64,000 bases of DNA, taken from the NCBI GenBank assembly GCA_038245785.1, contig JBBRSB010000004.1:64001-128000 (forward strand), given 5' to 3'. Below are positions 59,765 to 64,000 of the stretch, in pieces (position 1 is the first letter of the stretch; every line of letters starts with the position of its first letter). The position numbers and the translations under genes were made by a program. Under the pieces are notes generated by a model. That model had not been told where the DNA came from, searched no databases, and saw only the letters and a list, made by a program, of their open reading frames with translations. Source of the DNA: Gloeobacterales cyanobacterium (lineage in GTDB: Bacteria; Cyanobacteriota; Cyanobacteriia; Gloeobacterales; PMM-0068).

Positions 59765-60682
59765 ATGCTCGCTTCTACCCAAGAACTCCTGGAAACGGCA
59801 CGACGGAACGTATATGCGATCGGGGCATTTAATGTCTACAACCTAGAGGGGATGAAAGCAGTGCTCAATGCAGCAGAAGCCACGCGCAGTCCTGCTATGC
59901 TGCAGCTTCATCCCAGTGCCCTGAAGTTTGGTCAATCGGCCTTAGTAGCCATGTGTCTGGAAGCTGCAAGAGCTGCGATTGTGCCTATCTCCGTTCATCT
60001 CGACCACAGTACGGCGATCAAGGACATTCACCAATCTCTAGAAGCGGGGATGACTTCGATTATGGCGGATGGCTCCCACTTGCCCTATGACCAGAACTTA
60101 GCCTTCACACGGGAAATGACACAGCTTGCCCATAAATACAATGCCGTTGTAGAAGCTGAAATTGGCAGAATCAGCGGTACGGAAGATGGCTTAACAATCG
60201 CAGAGAAAGAAGCCAAGATGACGGACCCCGATCAAGCCGTTGAATTTGTCCAGGCAACCCAGGTAGATGCCCTTGCTGTAACGATCGGCAACGTCCATGG
60301 TGAGTACAAAAGTCCACCCCGTCTGGATTTTGACCGCCTTAATCGCATTCGCAACCTGATCGATATTCCTCTGGTTCTGCATGGAGCCTCTGGGTTGCCG
60401 GGCTGGATGATTGACCAGTCGATCCAGTCAGGCGTTTGTAAGTTTAATGTCAATACCGAAGTACGGCAAGCTTATATGCAGTCGTTGAAGGATGAAATCT
60501 GTGGATCGAATCCGAAGGATTTGCTGGATGTTGCCAACAAAGCAGTTGCAGCAATGCAATCAGTGATCACGGAAAAGCTCACCCTCTTTGGTTCTGTTGG
60601 CAAAGCCCATCTGCACGAAACGCCCTACGCCGAAGTCCTGGCGGGGTTAGGACGATATGGACGGACCCCGCTAACGCCTTAA
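59765..60682 (+). CDS. class II ketose-bisphosphate aldolase
   Basis: GAFNV, VHLDH, SIMADGS, VEAEIG, GNVHG, LVLHGASG, KFNVNT. Confidence 0.92.
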   Translation: MLASTQELLETARRNVYAIGAFNVYNLEGMKAVLNAAEATRSPAMLQLHPSALKFGQSALVAMCLEAARAAIVPISVHLDHSTAIKDIHQSLEAGMTSIMADGSHLPYDQNLAFTREMTQLAHKYNAVVEAEIGRISGTEDGLTIAEKEAKMTDPDQAVEFVQATQVDALAVTIGNVHGEYKSPPRLDFDRLNRIRNLIDIPLVLHGASGLPGWMIDQSIQSGVCKFNVNTEVRQAYMQSLKDEICGSNPKDLLDVANKAVAAMQSVITEKLTLFGSVGKAHLHETPYAEVLAGLGRYGRTPLTP

Positions 60683-61336
60683 TTTTCCCTTCCGCTGTTT
60701 ACTATTTTCCTCAGCCTTAATCACTCTTGACTCCAAAGTGAATTCGGGAATATCCCACAGTTGGTGAGCCTCCAGGTTGTATTGCTCACAGACGAGACTT
60801 AGACGGAAGCCAGAACTCTTAACCGGGTTGACAGAATGGGTCAAGTCTCCTTGGAAGAAGAGCAGAGTATTCGTCTGGGGAGTAATTTTTCCGACCTGGC
60901 GTTTGTTGGATTGTAAAACCAGTTCCCCTCCTTCCAAATCGATGGGCACTTCGATATAAAGGACGCTGACTAAAGCGGGAGGTTCAATGGTTTTGCAGTA
61001 GGAACGGAGGGAGCGGTCAATGTGAGGGTCCACCCGAGAGCCTGTTTTGAGTAGGAGGGGATTGAGATAAAACGCATTGCATTCTGGCTGCAAGGCCCGG
61101 TCTAGATAGGGTTTAAAGTGTGGGAAATTTTGTTCGACCGTGCTCAGGTGTGACCGCTGGAAAACTACAGAAAACCCCTTGGTCCTAACAAAATCACGAT
61201 TGAGATTATTCACTGCAAAATAAGGAGATGCCAAAATCTGTCCTTGCAGCACACTCAGATAATTTGGATCAAAAGCCTGGGGATACTGGTGATGGTACAT
61301 GGACTGCAAGCTCAAGAGAGTTTTTGACGCTACCAA
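60671..61336 (-). CDS. 2OG-Fe(II) oxygenase
   Basis: PHIDRS, GGELVL, H.V.PV....RLSLV. Confidence 0.88.
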   Translation of the reverse strand: MVASKTLLSLQSMYHHQYPQAFDPNYLSVLQGQILASPYFAVNNLNRDFVRTKGFSVVFQRSHLSTVEQNFPHFKPYLDRALQPECNAFYLNPLLLKTGSRVDPHIDRSLRSYCKTIEPPALVSVLYIEVPIDLEGGELVLQSNKRQVGKITPQTNTLLFFQGDLTHSVNPVKSSGFRLSLVCEQYNLEAHQLWDIPEFTLESRVIKAEENSKQRKGKLRR

Positions 61337-61395
61337 TATCCTGTCATGATTGGTGCGTACTATTTATTTGATAACGAGACAGGGAGCATAAAGCT

Positions 61396-61632
61396 ATGCG
61401 GTGTAAAGTTACCAGCCGTGCAGGTCAAGTTTTAGCCAATGGCCGCCTGATCATCCACAAAGAAGACGATGGAACCTTGCGCTTGGATATGGAAACTGAT
61501 AGGGGGCGACTACTCCAGGGAGGAACCATTGGACCAGATGGCGATATGGCAGCGGCTAGCCAGGCGCTATTCCGTCAGTTTTTTGAAGTTTGGGGCCTGA
61601 GCGACTTGACCCTAAACATCTCCATCCGCTGA
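61396..61632 (+). CDS. small hypothetical protein
   Basis: GGAG RBS, 78-aa ORF divergent from the oxygenase. Confidence 0.65.
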   Translation: MRCKVTSRAGQVLANGRLIIHKEDDGTLRLDMETDRGRLLQGGTIGPDGDMAAASQALFRQFFEVWGLSDLTLNISIR

Positions 61633-61860
61633 GAAATTTTTCTCTCTGCACAAGCCATCGCTTACCTTTTTTCGCACTCTTCAGATTCACGCCACCTATT
61701 CATAAGAGAAAACAGTTTAGGGACCTGGTTTGAATGGGTACCTTAAATGATGATAGGCGTGGGCAAATGACTGAGTGGGGGACCCCTAAGCAGAAGAGCT
61801 AGCTTCAGCGATATCAGAGCTGATGCTCGATAGAGAAATGTTTGAACGAGATTTAAATGC

Positions 61861-63960
61861 ATGTCCAAGTTTCTCCTCAAGTCTCTCATTTCTCACATCA
61901 TGGGCAAAGTTTCCTTACGCACGGTCTTGGTTGTTCCTTTTGTTCTTCAAACACTTTTCGCTGTGGGTTTAGTAGGCTATCTTTCCTTCAAGAATGGTCA
62001 GCAGGCTATAAATGACCTAGCCACTCGCTTGGAAGAGGAAACCAGCAATAGAATCCAACAAAAACTTGACAGCTACTTGGCAATTCCTCAACAGATAAAC
62101 CAGATTAATTCCAAGGCAATTGAATTAGGTATTCTAAACTTGAATGACCTTGAAAAGATGGGTAAATTTTTCCATAGTCAGATAAGGACTTTCAACGTTG
62201 GCTATATTAATTATGGGAACGAAACAGAAGAATTTATTGGAATTGAGCGTCTAGATAACAATAAAATACTAATCAATGAGACTAAGCGAAATTCCACTAA
62301 AATCATGTCTATCTACAATACAGATAACAGGGGGAATCGAACAGGCTTAAAGGAGGTTACGCCGAACACCTCTATTAGAACAGAGGGTTGGTATGCAGAC
62401 GCTGTCAAGGCAGGACATCCTGTCTGGAGCAAAATTTATACATGGAGTGATAAGCCAGACGTTCTATCTATTTCTTCCAGCTACCCACTTTATGACCACA
62501 ACCACAAAATTTTTGGAGTGATCGGGGTAGACTTAATCCTTTCTCAAATCGATAATTTTCTAGAAAGCTTGGTTTTCTCTCCTGCCAGTCGAATTCTTAT
62601 TCTAGAGCGAGATGGTTCCTTGGTAGCATATTCAGGCAGAAAAGATCCTTTCACGATAACAAATAAAAAAGCTTCTAGAATTCATATTAACAAGATTAAT
62701 GACCCACAAATTCAGTATGTGTCTAACTATTTGGACAAGAATTTTGGCAGTCTTAAAGCAATAAGGACAAGTCAAAATATTACGGTTGACACCTTGGGAG
62801 AACGTCAATTTGTTCATGTAACTCCATGGCGAGATGCCTTTGGTTTGGATTGGTTGGTTGTAGTGATAGTTCCTGAAGCTGATTTCATGGAGCAAATCAA
62901 CTCTAGAACAGGCATTACCTTCCTATTTTGTTTAGGAACATTGATTGTATGTACCGTCTTAGGAATCTTGGCAGCTCGGTTGATCACAGAGCCTCTTTTG
63001 AATATGACCCAGGCGGCACAAGAAATTGCAGACGGTAAGTTTGAGCAACAGATTGTTACTAAAGAAATCATCGAACTAGATACCTTAGCTCAATCTTTTA
63101 ATCGGATGAGTGAACAACTAAAAGGCTCTTTTGAAGAATTAGAACTGAGAGTTGAACAGAGAACAGCTGCCCTGATGGAGGCGAAAGAGGGTGCTGAAGC
63201 TGCTAATAAAGCTAAAAGTGAATTTCTAGCTACCATCAGTCATGAGATTCGGACTCCCATGAATGGAGTGATGGGCATAGCAGAATTACTCATGGAAACT
63301 AACCTAGATGATGAACAAAGGGAATATGTCAAAATTATCAATAGCAGTAGTGAAATTCTATTGACCCTTATCAATGACATTCTCAATTTTTCGAAAATAG
63401 AATCTGGTCAGTTGAAATTGGAAGAACGTTCTTTCAGCTTACATGAATGCATCTTAGGAACGGTGAATTTATTTATTCTCCAAGCTAAAGAGAAAAATTT
63501 AAAGTTACAGTGTGAGATTGACCCAGAAGTTCCTAAAAGAATTCTTGGAGATATTGCCCGGCTACGACAAGTTTTGATCAATCTACTTGGCAATGCCCTA
63601 AAGTTCACCTCTGATGGTGAAATTTTATTGAAGGTTACCTTTGATCAGGCTCAGCAACTGATTCAATTTGCACTTCGAGATACAGGCATTGGTATTCCAG
63701 TAGAGGGGATGGAATACCTCTTTAAGTCGTTCAGTCAGCTAGACGCTTCTACCACGCGCAAGTATGGCGGTACTGGTCTGGGCTTGGTCATCTGTCAGCG
63801 TCTATGTACGCTGATGGGAGGAACGATTTGGGTCGAGAGTGAGCCGAATAAAGGCTCAACCTTCTTTTTCACGATCAAGGCAAAGGTAATTCGGAGGATC
63901 ACTATAGGTCGCCCGTACGAACAAGCAATTCGGGATGAGACGGTAGAGCAAAAGGTTTGA
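61861..63960 (+). CDS. membrane sensor histidine kinase (Cache-HAMP-HisKA-HATPase, no receiver)
   Basis: Two TMs flanking a Cache domain (R.EGWY, GVIGVD), [21 protein letters not shown]. Confidence 0.93.
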   Translation: MSKFLLKSLISHIMGKVSLRTVLVVPFVLQTLFAVGLVGYLSFKNGQQAINDLATRLEEETSNRIQQKLDSYLAIPQQINQINSKAIELGILNLNDLEKMGKFFHSQIRTFNVGYINYGNETEEFIGIERLDNNKILINETKRNSTKIMSIYNTDNRGNRTGLKEVTPNTSIRTEGWYADAVKAGHPVWSKIYTWSDKPDVLSISSSYPLYDHNHKIFGVIGVDLILSQIDNFLESLVFSPASRILILERDGSLVAYSGRKDPFTITNKKASRIHINKINDPQIQYVSNYLDKNFGSLKAIRTSQNITVDTLGERQFVHVTPWRDAFGLDWLVVVIVPEADFMEQINSRTGITFLFCLGTLIVCTVLGILAARLITEPLLNMTQAAQEIADGKFEQQIVTKEIIELDTLAQSFNRMSEQLKGSFEELELRVEQRTAALMEAKEGAEAANKAKSEFLATISHEIRTPMNGVMGIAELLMETNLDDEQREYVKIINSSSEILLTLINDILNFSKIESGQLKLEERSFSLHECILGTVNLFILQAKEKNLKLQCEIDPEVPKRILGDIARLRQVLINLLGNALKFTSDGEILLKVTFDQAQQLIQFALRDTGIGIPVEGMEYLFKSFSQLDASTTRKYGGTGLGLVICQRLCTLMGGTIWVESEPNKGSTFFFTIKAKVIRRITIGRPYEQAIRDETVEQKV

Positions 63961-64000
63961 GCAATAGTTATCTGTAGTTCATAACTAAAAGCTCATTCAG

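Noticed and set aside
1..64000. CRISPR array, cas genes, rRNA, reverse transcriptase or retron
   Set aside because: No regularly spaced direct repeats and no matching protein motifs were seen.

Overview
A 64-kb stretch of a cyanobacterial chromosome. rpoB is not followed by rpoC1/C2 and I saw no HIP1 octamers, which points (inference) to an early-branching, Gloeobacterales-like lineage. Most of the window is housekeeping: cruP-like oxidoreductase, ybeY-dgkA-PTPS, rne-rnhB, tRNA-Pro(GGG), asd-dapA-rnj, Tic22, ftrV, bioF-recJ, hemF, hemE, rpoB, uvrC, hemB, rlpA and two sensor kinases. Accessory patches include a SmaI-like R-M pair, Uma2, Fic, decaying toxin-antitoxin modules and a damaged IS3. 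Best leads: (1) a three-gene operon of coiled-coil protein, membrane-anchored longin/roadblock-like protein and Rab-like small GTPase (21729-24331), followed by an orphan Mu-like c/ner switch and a hybrid kinase; (2) a small basic ORF (960-1184) with an intrinsic terminator inside its coding region, the architecture of ArfA/BrfA/ArfT-type non-stop ribosome-rescue factors; (3) a DUF559 endonuclease gene bracketed by 34-bp inverted hairpin repeats, with a second inverted pair of the same repeat 52 kb away, resembling a REP/RAYT-like element. All family calls come from motif recognition by eye; no database search was run. Several single-base frameshifts could be assembly errors.
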